From a virus (taxonomy: Duplodnaviria > Caudoviricetes): DNA of 64,000 nt. A program made the position numbers and the translations under genes. Under the pieces are notes generated by a model. That model saw only the letters and a list, made by a program, of their open reading frames with translations. It was not told where the DNA came from and made no database searches. The DNA is taken from the IMG/VR virus record IMGVR_UViG_3300006217_000029, positions 6,185 to 70,184 of that record; one strand, written 5' to 3'. Position 1 is the first letter of the stretch; every line of letters begins with the position of its first letter. Positions 37,372-46,240 of this stretch are shown in pieces.

Positions 37372-38916
37372 TCATCGCCTCACCTCCGGCCCCCGCTCTA
37401 CGCGGGGGCTTTTGGTTTCTTCACCGTCCCGCAAGCGGGAAAGCTCTCTTGCGAGGCGCAAGAGTTCGGCTTCTTCCCCAACTATGGTGGCATCCTGGTC
37501 GGCGGGGATGTAGTCAACGATGAAGGCGAAACAGCAGGTGTCGGATATGTCGGGGCTTTTTATGCCTTGCGCTTTCATCTGGTCCTTGGGGAGCATCTGG
37601 TAGCGCCCGCGTTCATCAATTTTGTAAGGGAGCCGGGAGGCCTGCTCGACAAATTTTTTGAGGTCCGGCCCCCTGAACCGCTCTTCAAAGATGGCTTCCC
37701 GCAGCTTGCAGTGGGCATACGACCGCAAGTTGAAATAGCGCCGCTGGTCTGCCGCCGCATGACAGGGCAAGCCCCAGTGGATGCGGGATACGGGGATGCC
37801 CATTTCTTCGAGTTCAAGGACAACGGTTCTCCCTGCACCGTCCGCGTCAACGGCTATCGTGAGCGCCGGCAGTTCGTGGTATTTTGCCGCAATACACCGT
37901 GCGAACCGCTTTTCATCCAGGTCGAGGTATTCATCGCATGAAACGGTTTCCACCATGCGCCGCGGGCCGCTCCCGGACACGCGACAAATGGTCATCACCG
38001 ATGAATCCCTGTGGACACCTTCGGCAACGTCCGCGAGCAGAACCCAGCCCCACGCCTCTTCATGGACAATCTTGTTCGATACGCACTGGACGCACCAGCT
38101 TCGGGGTATGAGGTAGCCGGAAAGGTTGTCGGGAAGATTGCCCAGAACACGAATCTGGTACTCCGGGGAGTGATGTCCGCCGTACTCTATGAGCTTGTCC
38201 CGGATAAACTGCTTCGAGACGAGCGGGCTCAATTCCGAGTTCATGGTGATTGCGGTGTAAATGCCATTCCCGCCACCTTCCTTCACCGCGAGCTTGGTCA
38301 TGGCCTCCGCGAAATGTCCTGTTGCTCTGGTCGGCTGTGAGGTCATGACGTACCGGTTCCGCTCATTGGTGAGCGCGCCCTTCAGGACATCGTGAATCAC
38401 ATCATCCACGCCGGAGGCCTCATCCACCACAACCAGGTAGTTGATGTTGTGCTGCCCCGCGAGGTTTTCCGGTTTGGCCTTGCTCGCCGTTTTCGGCATG
38501 ACATACCATGAATCCTTGTGAAGCACCGAGAAATAGCGGCGGGTTTCCTTTACGAAATACCCGGCCTGCCACGGATACATGGCTTCCACGTCCGCAATCA
38601 CGTCGTCGAGATACTTCCAGACCACAGAGCGGGCCTGTTCGATATTCGTGGCGGTGAGCATGGCATTGGAGAAATGGAAGACGCGGAGGTGCCAGTCCAG
38701 AATCCACGCGAGCATCGCGCTTTTGCCCGTGCCATGCCCTGATGAAACGGCCACGCGGCAACCGGGCTTGCTCACCGCTTCAAGAAATTCCATCTGCTGC
38801 CATGTCGGCTGGTAGCGGGAGTTGTCCAGCACATACGCAACCAGATTGTCGTAGTAGCGGTTTTGGAACTCGACATACCGCGGGTCGCGGAGGATTTCAC
38901 GAACCTTTTTCGCCAT
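37372..38916 (-). CDS. pacB: Terminase large subunit (P1 PacB-like)
   Basis: PTWQQ, SSGHGTGKS Walker A, VVDEASGV Walker B, DVAEG and SPDISD nuclease motifs. Confidence 0.92.
   Translation of the reverse strand: MAKKVREILRDPRYVEFQNRYYDNLVAYVLDNSRYQPTWQQMEFLEAVSKPGCRVAVSSGHGTGKSAMLAWILDWHLRVFHFSNAMLTATNIEQARSVVWKYLDDVIADVEAMYPWQAGYFVKETRRYFSVLHKDSWYVMPKTASKAKPENLAGQHNINYLVVVDEASGVDDVIHDVLKGALTNERNRYVMTSQPTRATGHFAEAMTKLAVKEGGGNGIYTAITMNSELSPLVSKQFIRDKLIEYGGHHSPEYQIRVLGNLPDNLSGYLIPRSWCVQCVSNKIVHEEAWGWVLLADVAEGVHRDSSVMTICRVSGSGPRRMVETVSCDEYLDLDEKRFARCIAAKYHELPALTIAVDADGAGRTVVLELEEMGIPVSRIHWGLPCHAAADQRRYFNLRSYAHCKLREAIFEERFRGPDLKKFVEQASRLPYKIDERGRYQMLPKDQMKAQGIKSPDISDTCCFAFIVDYIPADQDATIVGEEAELLRLARELSRLRDGEETKSPRVERGPEVRR
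37389..37413 (+). terminator. Intrinsic terminator after rha
   Basis: GCCCCCGC-tctac-GCGGGGGC-TTTT. Confidence 0.75.
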
Positions 38917-39721
38917 CGCTGACGCGCTCCGGTTGGAATGAGCCTCCGCCCATTTCGTCTTTCATCTGTCGAACCTCTTCTGCCCTGGCCGGGACAAATC
39001 CTGTCCGTTGCGCTTCTGCCGCTTCCATTCGGGCCTTGGCCCTCTCTGCCATTTCTTCCGGGCTGATGGTTGCGTATGCCCCGTTGTCATCGGAGGGTGG
39101 CTCCGGTTCCGCCTTGGCGAGCAGCAGGCGCAGGGATTCGGGAAGGGGGTAGCCTTCGGCCTCAAGCGTAAGCGCCGCTTCTGTCGGGTCTATCTTCTTG
39201 TCCCGCACGTCGGTAAGGATTTGCCGTGTGAAATCGCTCTGGCGCGTCTGGCGCTGCCGATGCCGCTCGAACATTCCAAGGTGCCGGGCGAGCTTATCCA
39301 GCGCGGAAATCTTGTCATGCAACACCAGTTTTACATTTTTATCTTCGCCTTCCGTGAGCTCCTTTATCAAGGCGATTTTTTCGGGCGGAATTTCATCCAT
39401 GTCGCGTAGCCTTACGCCGTTGTGGTCGAAATGCAGGTAGTCCCCGATGTTCGACTGAGCGATTTCCGCGAGTTTGAGAAGCACATAGTCCTGGGTGATA
39501 TGCAGGCGCGCCACACGGTCTGCGATGCCTTTGTCTATGGCCTCCTGGATATGGGGCTTGGAAAGAAGCTCGCTCGCGGTGCAACGCGGATTCCTGGTCT
39601 GGTATCCGGCTGCACGGACGGCATCGGCGCCGTTCATGGAAATGAGGTAGTGCTCCACAAACAGCTTTTGCCGCCCCGTGGGTATGGGCTTGCGAGACTT
39701 GGGCGTCTTTTTCACGCGCAT
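38897..39721 (-). CDS. Terminase small subunit
   Basis: RQKLFVEHYL..NGADAVRAAGY...ASELLSKP N-terminus; overlaps large subunit start. Confidence 0.85.
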   Translation of the reverse strand: MRVKKTPKSRKPIPTGRQKLFVEHYLISMNGADAVRAAGYQTRNPRCTASELLSKPHIQEAIDKGIADRVARLHITQDYVLLKLAEIAQSNIGDYLHFDHNGVRLRDMDEIPPEKIALIKELTEGEDKNVKLVLHDKISALDKLARHLGMFERHRQRQTRQSDFTRQILTDVRDKKIDPTEAALTLEAEGYPLPESLRLLLAKAEPEPPSDDNGAYATISPEEMAERAKARMEAAEAQRTGFVPARAEEVRQMKDEMGGGSFQPERVSDGEKGS

Positions 39722-39951
39722 ACCCCGGAGGCCCTGGCGGCCTCTGCCTCCGCTTCGCGTGTTATCCTGTTTGCAAAATTCAATACGCTCATGGAATCCA
39801 CGCGCATTTCAATAGTTTCGTGGGTTTCTCCGCAGGTAAGACATACACGCCTGCGCGTAATGTGGTTATCAAACGACATCGTGTTGCGAACACATGTTGT
39901 CGGTTGTCCGCAACGTGGGCATTGATAGCTTCCATACTCTTTTTCTGTCAT
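39712..39951 (-). CDS. Ogr/Delta- or NrdR-like zinc-ribbon protein (candidate late activator)
   Basis: CPRCG...TRRRVCLTCGETHETIE. Confidence 0.7.
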   Translation of the reverse strand: MTEKEYGSYQCPRCGQPTTCVRNTMSFDNHITRRRVCLTCGETHETIEMRVDSMSVLNFANRITREAEAEAARASGVCA

Positions 39952-40145
39952 CCGTTCGCCTCTCTCTGTCGCAAAAGTTCAGCCTTTTGCTTTGAACACT
40001 CATTGAGTTGAAATTCCAGGAGTGACACGCGCTCCTTCAGAGCATCGTTTTCGCACAAAATGCAGAATCCGTTTTCAGGATTGATGAGGCGCACCCTTTT
40101 ACAAGATTTGCATCTTGCCATTACCCCCATAGTTCGTGGCATCAA
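39948..40145 (-). CDS. Small Cys-rich hypothetical protein
   Basis: CKSC and CILC motifs plus coiled coil; 4-nt overlap. Confidence 0.55.
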   Translation of the reverse strand: MMPRTMGVMARCKSCKRVRLINPENGFCILCENDALKERVSLLEFQLNECSKQKAELLRQREANG

Positions 40146-40155
40146 CTATCCTCCC

Positions 40156-40509
40156 TTACGAAAACACATGCAGAAAATAGAGTAGAAAACCAGCTACAGC
40201 AGATAATGTCCATAAAAATGCAAAACAGCTACTTGATGCAGCCAAACCGCATTTCCCCCGCCGCAGCCCGGAAGGGGCGAGGCCAAGGCCACTGAAAAAA
40301 CCCCATTTCCAGCAGGCGCAGCCTACGCCCAAGCACCGCGATGGATATGAGGCCTGCCCCTGGTCTTGTGAGCCAGGGGCGTAGATGACGACCCTGTTGA
40401 AGGCGCCACACTTCACGACTTCGAGGTGCGGCTTGTCTGAGCCTTGCTGAATGGAAATGCGCCCCATCGGACACCAGTAGTCCCCGGCCTCTATTTCTTT
40501 CACATACAC
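40156..40509 (-). CDS. Hypothetical protein with C-terminal hydrophobic segment
   Basis: WCPMGR...CLGVGCACWKW...KCGLA; AT-rich TM-like tail. Confidence 0.55.
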   Translation of the reverse strand: MYVKEIEAGDYWCPMGRISIQQGSDKPHLEVVKCGAFNRVVIYAPGSQDQGQASYPSRCLGVGCACWKWGFFSGLGLAPSGLRRGKCGLAASSSCFAFLWTLSAVAGFLLYFLHVFS

Positions 40510-40512
40510 CTC

Positions 40513-40866
40513 TTAATGCTGTGCGGTTATTTTGAGGAGAGACTTGATGTCCGCCCGGATTTCCGAGAAATCGTCTCGCAAGCCGCTCAAAACGGTTTCC
40601 AGATGCGTCAGTCTTCGCTCCTGGTCGTCTGTCCGTTGCGCGTTCTGGACGCTCGCGCCTTCCATGCGCTTCAGGTCTTCCTTGATGGTGGTTTCATGTC
40701 GGGCCACATCTCGCTCCAGCACGTCAAGCCGCCCCTCAATCCGAATCATCATTGTCCAGCCGGTGAGTGCCGCGCTGCCTATGCCCACCAAAACAGCAAT
40801 GGCAATTCCAGCCACGACTTGCGCGGTAACAGTCTGAATCCCGCTTTTTGGGGTTTCATTGCTCAT
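40513..40866 (-). CDS. Single-TM coiled-coil lysis-cassette protein
   Basis: N-terminal hydrophobic helix then coiled coil; ATGA overlap with holin. Confidence 0.6.
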   Translation of the reverse strand: MSNETPKSGIQTVTAQVVAGIAIAVLVGIGSAALTGWTMMIRIEGRLDVLERDVARHETTIKEDLKRMEGASVQNAQRTDDQERRLTHLETVLSGLRDDFSEIRADIKSLLKITAQH

Positions 40867-41426
40867 TGCTTTCTTCCTTCCGGCCTGGTGAGGCTCTGCT
40901 GGAGGGGGGTGGAATGGTAAAGCAGTGCTTCGCTGTTCTGGCTCGAACGGGATGCCCCAAACCAAAAAGCGATAATGATGCCCAAAAGTGTGCCCATTGA
41001 GCCAAGAAGGCGGTCAACCATTCCAGAGTCAATGTTGTCTCCGACACCCCAGAAGAATACCGCATAATGAAATGCGAAAATCACGGCCACAAGAAATATT
41101 GTGAGCCAGTAAAGGCGCGTCCTGTCCCCGCCATCAATGGATGCCTGCCGGGCGCTCACGCGGTCGGCAACTTCGGCTTCAATCTGGGCGGTTTTCCATT
41201 TCAGAATGTCCGCCCGGTGCTGCACTTCAAGCTCCTTGAGGCGAATCATTGCCTGTGGATCACTCTGGATTGCCTGCATGACAGCCGCAGGGTCATCTTC
41301 GCAACCGAAGAGAGAAGCAATGAGAGACGCCGCCCCGCCAGCGGCGGCGCCAATCGGGCCGCCCAGGATGGTGCCAAGGATGGGGGCCGCTTTGGAGATC
41401 GTCTTGCCAACGTCTTTCCAGTCCAT
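40863..41426 (-). CDS. Putative holin
   Basis: MDWKDVGKTISKAAPILGTILGGPIG, DRVSARQ, two C-terminal TM helices ending FWFGASRSSQ. Confidence 0.75.
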   Translation of the reverse strand: MDWKDVGKTISKAAPILGTILGGPIGAAAGGAASLIASLFGCEDDPAAVMQAIQSDPQAMIRLKELEVQHRADILKWKTAQIEAEVADRVSARQASIDGGDRTRLYWLTIFLVAVIFAFHYAVFFWGVGDNIDSGMVDRLLGSMGTLLGIIIAFWFGASRSSQNSEALLYHSTPLQQSLTRPEGRKQ

Positions 41427-42046
41427 CACGCCACCCCCTGTTGCTGCCCTGCTGCTGCGGTATCGGCAATGAGCTTGCGGCAATCGGCGGTGCGATTCAG
41501 CCACCCCTTGAGAAAGGCCGCGGACTGCGGCTTCGCTTTTGCCAGTCTGCGATACCATGCCTCGCGCCTGTCGAGGTAGGCGTACACGAGGTCTGCCTCG
41601 CGGCCCATGCTGGCGAGGTTGTTGCTGTAGGAGCGGGTAAGGGGGCCGACATTGGCCGCCAGCTTTTTGATGGCGTCGGGGCACAGTACGTTGATGGCTT
41701 CCTGCAAGACGATTGCGGCGCGTCCGGCTCCGGCGTTGACCGCAAAATCATAGAAAGCCATTGCCACCAGAGGCGGCAGTTGCGGCGCGCGCGGGATTTC
41801 CCAGAAGTGTTTGCGGAAGATCTGTTTGGCTGTGGCCTTGGTGATGGCAAGGACATCATCCCTGTCGATGTCGCCATCGCCGTCAATGTCCCCTTCAATC
41901 AGGCCAAGGGATTTCAAAAACATCAGGCTGACGCCGTACATGGTGACGCCGCCGGGGTCGTTTGGATGGTCGAAGTATCCTCCCTCCCATTTGGCAACAT
42001 GGGCGTGAACGAGTTCAAAGGCCGTTTCATGGCAAAGGGCTGACAT
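41426..42046 (-). CDS. Endolysin, glycoside hydrolase family 108
   Basis: WEGGYFDHPNDPGGVTMYGV, YDFAVNAG, FLKGWLNR; GGAGG RBS before ATG 42046. Confidence 0.9.
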   Translation of the reverse strand: MSALCHETAFELVHAHVAKWEGGYFDHPNDPGGVTMYGVSLMFLKSLGLIEGDIDGDGDIDRDDVLAITKATAKQIFRKHFWEIPRAPQLPPLVAMAFYDFAVNAGAGRAAIVLQEAINVLCPDAIKKLAANVGPLTRSYSNNLASMGREADLVYAYLDRREAWYRRLAKAKPQSAAFLKGWLNRTADCRKLIADTAAAGQQQGVA

Positions 42047-42258
42047 CGGAGCCTCCTTGTGCTGATTGTCGTTCTTTGCCAAAAAATCGCGGACGGAATC
42101 CTTGGGTGCAAGAAAAGCCCCCGCAAATGCGATATATTTAGCGCCTGAGAACATTTTTGTGGCCCTTGCACTCCAACCCGTGAGGGGAAAGATGATGTAT
42201 GGTTTTGTATGGCTCTCGCACGACCCTTGTGTGAGAAGAACCGTGCGAGACACACGAA

Positions 42259-42549
42259 TTACGGATTCATAGTTTCTTTCAGTGTCTTGCTCATGCTGAA
42301 CACCACTTTCCGTGACGCGGGAAGCTCCATGGCCTCGCCTGTTCTGGGATTACGCCCCTGGCGGGCGGGTACCTCTTTGATTTTCAGCTTGCCGAGACCC
42401 GGCAACGAAATCTCCCCGCCATCCAGCAGTTCGGCAGAGGCCACATTGCACAGCGTATGAAGGGCTGTTTCCATGTCTGCTTGAGTCAGCGGTCGCCCGT
42501 ATCCTTTTGTTTCCGCCGCAGCTTTTGCAATCAACTCCTGTTTTGTCAT
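42259..42549 (-). CDS. HU-family DNA-binding protein
   Basis: MTKQELI...LPGLGKL...ARQGRNPRTGE. Confidence 0.92.
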   Translation of the reverse strand: MTKQELIAKAAAETKGYGRPLTQADMETALHTLCNVASAELLDGGEISLPGLGKLKIKEVPARQGRNPRTGEAMELPASRKVVFSMSKTLKETMNP

Positions 42550-42598
42550 GGCATACTCCTTTCTTGTTTTTTGTATGGGTTGCGTTCAGTGGACACAA

Positions 42599-42805
42599 TC
42601 ATGCGTCTTCCCTCCATTTTTCCATGCCTGTTCCGGTATGCTTCACGCGATCCGCAACCTCGGCGCGCTTGGCGTTGTTGAAGCGCTCCATTGTGCCCAC
42701 CAGGTAGCCGGTAATCCGGCGAATGCGCTCAAACCTGACGCCATCGCCGATTATGCCGTCAACAACAGGCAGCTGCAGATCAACCGGTGTTCACGATTCG
42801 TTCAT
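42599..42805 (-). pseudogene. Small NrdD-C-terminal-like protein with in-frame TGA at codon 5
   Basis: GDGVRFERIRRITGYLVGTMERFNNAKRAEVADRVKH; frame reads ATG AAC GAA TCG TGA ACA... Confidence 0.6.
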
Positions 42806-43233
42806 ATCGTTTCGCCCTCCATCATTTCGCGTATGCACACTTCCCAGCGGCCTGTTTCGCCATAGCGTTTTTCGCACGCCAGGCGGACCACCTGCCGGTC
42901 GTCATGCCAGAATTGCAGGCGCGTCATGGCGTCTTTCAACTGTTTCGTGAGGTTATCCAAGTCCGGCTTTTTCGTGTGCGGCTCGATTCCGCGCAGCATG
43001 GCCGCCCGCGCTTTTTTGCTCGCGCTCTTTGGCGGTGGAAACACGGCCCGAAACTCCAACACCACCGCCCCGGAAAACGGAGAGGCAGGCGCATAAGACG
43101 CCAGCAGAGCGTCCAGTGTTTGCTCGTTGGCCGCCTGCCGGTCGGACTTGAACGTCATGCTGTGGCCGTTGACCACGCCGTGCCGGGCGCGTGCCTGTGC
43201 TGTGGGGATGCAGGGCAGGGTAAAAGCAATCAT
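42802..43233 (-). CDS. rusA: RusA-family Holliday junction resolvase
   Basis: HTKKPDLDNLTKQLKDAM...WHDDRQVV. Confidence 0.9.
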   Translation of the reverse strand: MIAFTLPCIPTAQARARHGVVNGHSMTFKSDRQAANEQTLDALLASYAPASPFSGAVVLEFRAVFPPPKSASKKARAAMLRGIEPHTKKPDLDNLTKQLKDAMTRLQFWHDDRQVVRLACEKRYGETGRWEVCIREMMEGETI

Positions 43234-43829
43234 GACACAAGCGCTCCTTGTTTTCCGGTTTCGCTCAGCGCCTTCAGCAGGCCATTGGGAAGGGCCGCGC
43301 CCACACGCACAAAACCGCCATGAGTTTGTGCAATAGCCCTCTGTACCTCCTCAGCCCCCAGAGCCAGCGCATCCGTTTTGCCATGCGCTTGCGTCCAGAG
43401 TTCGCAGAAATCCTTGTGCTTGAAATCAAGGCTTCGCGTCTCCCAATGACAAACCGCTTCCCAACCGCCCATGACACGCACAACATGCGCCGTGGTGGGG
43501 TGCATGTGGGGCTGCTTGTAAATGCCAAGGCGCGCAATGTTTTCCCGGAGCAGCACCCATTCGGCTTCTGCCTGCAAGGCCATTGCCTGCTCGCTTGTGC
43601 CCGAGAGGTTGTCCAGTTCGTGCTTCAACACGGCGAACGGCGGCAGGGTCTTGTATTCATAGCCCTCAATAACCGCTCGAACGGCGGCCTGAACGTGAGC
43701 AGCATCATACGGGGCAAGCAGATCAAGCCACAGTGACGCAAGCGCGGGCGAGAGTTCCTTGCCGAAGTTCTCGGCCAGGACGGTGATTGCGAGGGCCTTC
43801 TGGCCTTCCGTCGCGTCATACTCGTTCAT
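43230..43829 (-). CDS. Replication accessory protein (DUF6475-like; lambda P position)
   Basis: Directly after initiator; YKTLPPFA, VVRVMGGWEAVC. Confidence 0.6.
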   Translation of the reverse strand: MNEYDATEGQKALAITVLAENFGKELSPALASLWLDLLAPYDAAHVQAAVRAVIEGYEYKTLPPFAVLKHELDNLSGTSEQAMALQAEAEWVLLRENIARLGIYKQPHMHPTTAHVVRVMGGWEAVCHWETRSLDFKHKDFCELWTQAHGKTDALALGAEEVQRAIAQTHGGFVRVGAALPNGLLKALSETGKQGALVS

Positions 43830-44856
43830 TTCCAGCCCTCCCCTTTTGCCGTGCGGCGAGTACCGCCGCCATTGTCTGCGCGTTTTTGCCCATGAGCTGC
43901 CCCACGGCATGATCCGTCCGCATCGGGCCGTTCACCGGGAAGATCCCCTGCCAGCCGTTCATGGTCGATTGCTCGACGATGGCAACCTGCATCGCTTCAT
44001 TGCCCGGCGCGAGCTCATGCAATTTGCCAAACAGGAGTTCCAGTCCCCGCCCGGTGAGAGGCTTTCGTATTCGCTCCCGCATGACCCGAAAGTCTTCCAG
44101 CGCCTTGCGCAAGGGTTCGTGTGCCGTGAATTTGGCTATGGTCTGCCGGAGTTCCGGCAAAGTGTTGCCGGTAGGGTCGCGTTTGCGACGTTCCGGTTTC
44201 GACGCGCCCTCCGGCACATCGGGCTGTTCCGGTATCGGCTGGGGGGGAATTTGCTCAGTCTCTCCCACAGCGTTTCCCCCCGTGGGGGGTAAGGGGGGTG
44301 TATTTATGCCTTTTGGATCAGGATCAGGAAGAGGAAGAGGGGCATTGCGTTGAGCATGGTCGAGCATTGCCGCTTCATGCTGCGGGCAATGCTGTTCGCA
44401 TAAATCAGCATTGCTGTTGGCATGGGCTTCCGATGCTGCTCGCATACCATCAGCATTGCTCATCGCATCGTCCGGCATTGCCGATTGCACACCGCGCATC
44501 TTCTTCCAGCGTTTTTCAGCAGCGTCCCTTGCCTGCGCCTTGCGGAGCTCCTTCTTGCTGACGTATGCCTGCCGCTCTTCCCAGCCGTGCAGTGCGTATG
44601 TGCCGTCCTGAAGCTGTTCAAGCCAGTTCCCGGACAAAAGAAGCTCAACAAGAAGGCCAGGTTCACCCCGCCAGTCCGCCGCGATTTCGATGTCGTCAAC
44701 GTCCATGCCGTCCAGAATGCCGGTTGTCCGCTCCTGGGCGCAAAAGCACCACAAGATTTGCAGGCTGCGCACGGCCTCAAGGCCGCCCTTGCGGGTCAGC
44801 TTGATCGTTTTCGGGTGCTGCCAGAAATTGACTGAAAAGCGTATATCGTCAGCCAC
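43816..44856 (-). CDS. Phage replication initiator (lambda O-like architecture)
   Basis: NFWQHPKTIKL..., YALHGWEERQ, PLPLPDPDP linker, C-terminal EQSTMNGWQGIF; GTG start with GGAGG RBS. Confidence 0.75.
   Translation of the reverse strand: MADDIRFSVNFWQHPKTIKLTRKGGLEAVRSLQILWCFCAQERTTGILDGMDVDDIEIAADWRGEPGLLVELLLSGNWLEQLQDGTYALHGWEERQAYVSKKELRKAQARDAAEKRWKKMRGVQSAMPDDAMSNADGMRAASEAHANSNADLCEQHCPQHEAAMLDHAQRNAPLPLPDPDPKGINTPPLPPTGGNAVGETEQIPPQPIPEQPDVPEGASKPERRKRDPTGNTLPELRQTIAKFTAHEPLRKALEDFRVMRERIRKPLTGRGLELLFGKLHELAPGNEAMQVAIVEQSTMNGWQGIFPVNGPMRTDHAVGQLMGKNAQTMAAVLAARQKGRAGNERV
44342..44481. repeat. Iteron-like repeats inside the initiator gene (putative ori)
   Basis: GCATTGC at 44342, 44364, 44408, 44453, 44475 and inverted at 44386. 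Confidence 0.55.
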
Positions 44857-45490
44857 GGCACGCCTCCCTTGCTTCGTCCCAGGAAATGCGATGAAAAGAC
44901 GCCGCCCATACCCACGGATTGACGTTCCATGCGTGGGGGCCACTGTCATACAGTTGTTGCCAGATATGCTTGAAACCCAGGAAATACGTGCTTGTTGGAC
45001 AGCGTTCACCCTTGATGAAATCAGCCGCATTCATCTCAAATTCCGGCATACTTCCTTCGGCCTGTGCTTCCGGCTCGGAAATGTCCTGAACCCGAATCAG
45101 CTTCACGTCTGTTACTCGGAGCAGCAGTCGGGCGCACTTCCTGGGCATGTGAATGCCGGGTCTCCACCGGACTTCGGACAAAGCCTCCTCTGTCCATTGG
45201 TTTCCAAGCATATCAATCCCATCAGCGCGATAAACAGGGGGGAATGCCGCGTTTTCCTGTGACCACGCCTCTCTCACCCAGATGACATCGCCAGGGCGCA
45301 CCGGAGCACGAAAGATGTTGCCATCCACATCCTCCCACACCCATTCTCCTTTTCTTTTGGCCACGTCCTCCACTGGCTGTTTGCGTAACGGCCAGCGTGT
45401 GGCGGTTTTGTGGCCGGAAAGAACGGCGCGGACCATTTCTCCCGTCAAAAGTCGGGGATACCATTTGACCTTGTTGCTATTCTGGTTCAT
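44849..45490 (-). CDS. ASCH/PUA-like domain protein
   Basis: EMVRAVLSGHKTATR, PGDVIWVREAW, WRPGIHMPR, NPWVWA. Confidence 0.7.
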   Translation of the reverse strand: MNQNSNKVKWYPRLLTGEMVRAVLSGHKTATRWPLRKQPVEDVAKRKGEWVWEDVDGNIFRAPVRPGDVIWVREAWSQENAAFPPVYRADGIDMLGNQWTEEALSEVRWRPGIHMPRKCARLLLRVTDVKLIRVQDISEPEAQAEGSMPEFEMNAADFIKGERCPTSTYFLGFKHIWQQLYDSGPHAWNVNPWVWAASFHRISWDEAREACRG

Positions 45491-45556
45491 ACTTACCTCG
45501 TTCTGGTTTCTTTCGGCTTTACGTCGAGCAAGCCCGGTTGCAGCCGGGCTTTTCTT

Positions 45557-46240
45557 TTATTTCCCGTACACCTTTGCCTTTGTTGCTTCGGTCTGGCATT
45601 GCTTCGAGCAATACTTTTGCGCGGACGCCTTCGGCGTGAAAGGCCGCTTGCACTGTTTGCACAGCTTGTCGCCCGGTTCCAGCACAAGCGGCGATTTTGT
45701 ACCCGTGATGCGCTCACAGCCCTGGCATTCTCCGCGTTCCCCACAGGGCAGACGCCGCGCCCGCAGGTTCATCCGTCGGCAGAAATCCCAATCGCTCGTG
45801 TCGATGTTTACGGCAGTGGAAGGCGCGGGGCCTGTTACGGCAGAAGCGGGAGCCTTTTCTTCCGCCGGGGCGGGTTCGGCGGACGCCTGGCGCATCACCT
45901 CCAGTTCCGCCTTCAGCTTCTTCGTCTCCAGGGCATGTGCGGCGCACATAGCCATCGCAAGCGCTTCTGTTTCTCTGCGTCGGGCCTCATACCGGCAGTT
46001 GAGCCACTCCAGTTCGGCCCATGCTTCATCCAGCGATGTCAGCAGATCCAGCAGATACTTTTTACGCCTGGCTCTGGTACGGGCTCCCGTCTGCCGCTTT
46101 TGCCCGCGTCTGCGTTCCGCCGCGCATTTTGCGGAGCAGGTAATGTGCGCTGGATGGCTGGCTTCAAAAGTCTGCCCACACTGAAGGCATTTCCGCTTTC
46201 CGTATGCTCGTTCAGGCATGGTTCCTCCCATTTCTTGCAT
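45557..46240 (-). CDS. Hypothetical protein with several CxxC / CS..C zinc-finger motifs
   Basis: KCLQCG..TCSAKC and CKQCKR..YCSKQC. Confidence 0.6.
   Translation of the reverse strand: MQEMGGTMPERAYGKRKCLQCGQTFEASHPAHITCSAKCAAERRRGQKRQTGARTRARRKKYLLDLLTSLDEAWAELEWLNCRYEARRRETEALAMAMCAAHALETKKLKAELEVMRQASAEPAPAEEKAPASAVTGPAPSTAVNIDTSDWDFCRRMNLRARRLPCGERGECQGCERITGTKSPLVLEPGDKLCKQCKRPFTPKASAQKYCSKQCQTEATKAKVYGK

Noticed and set aside
44315-44340. GGATCA/GGAAGA tandem repeats as iterons
   Set aside because: They encode the PLPLPDPDP linker common in phage initiators.
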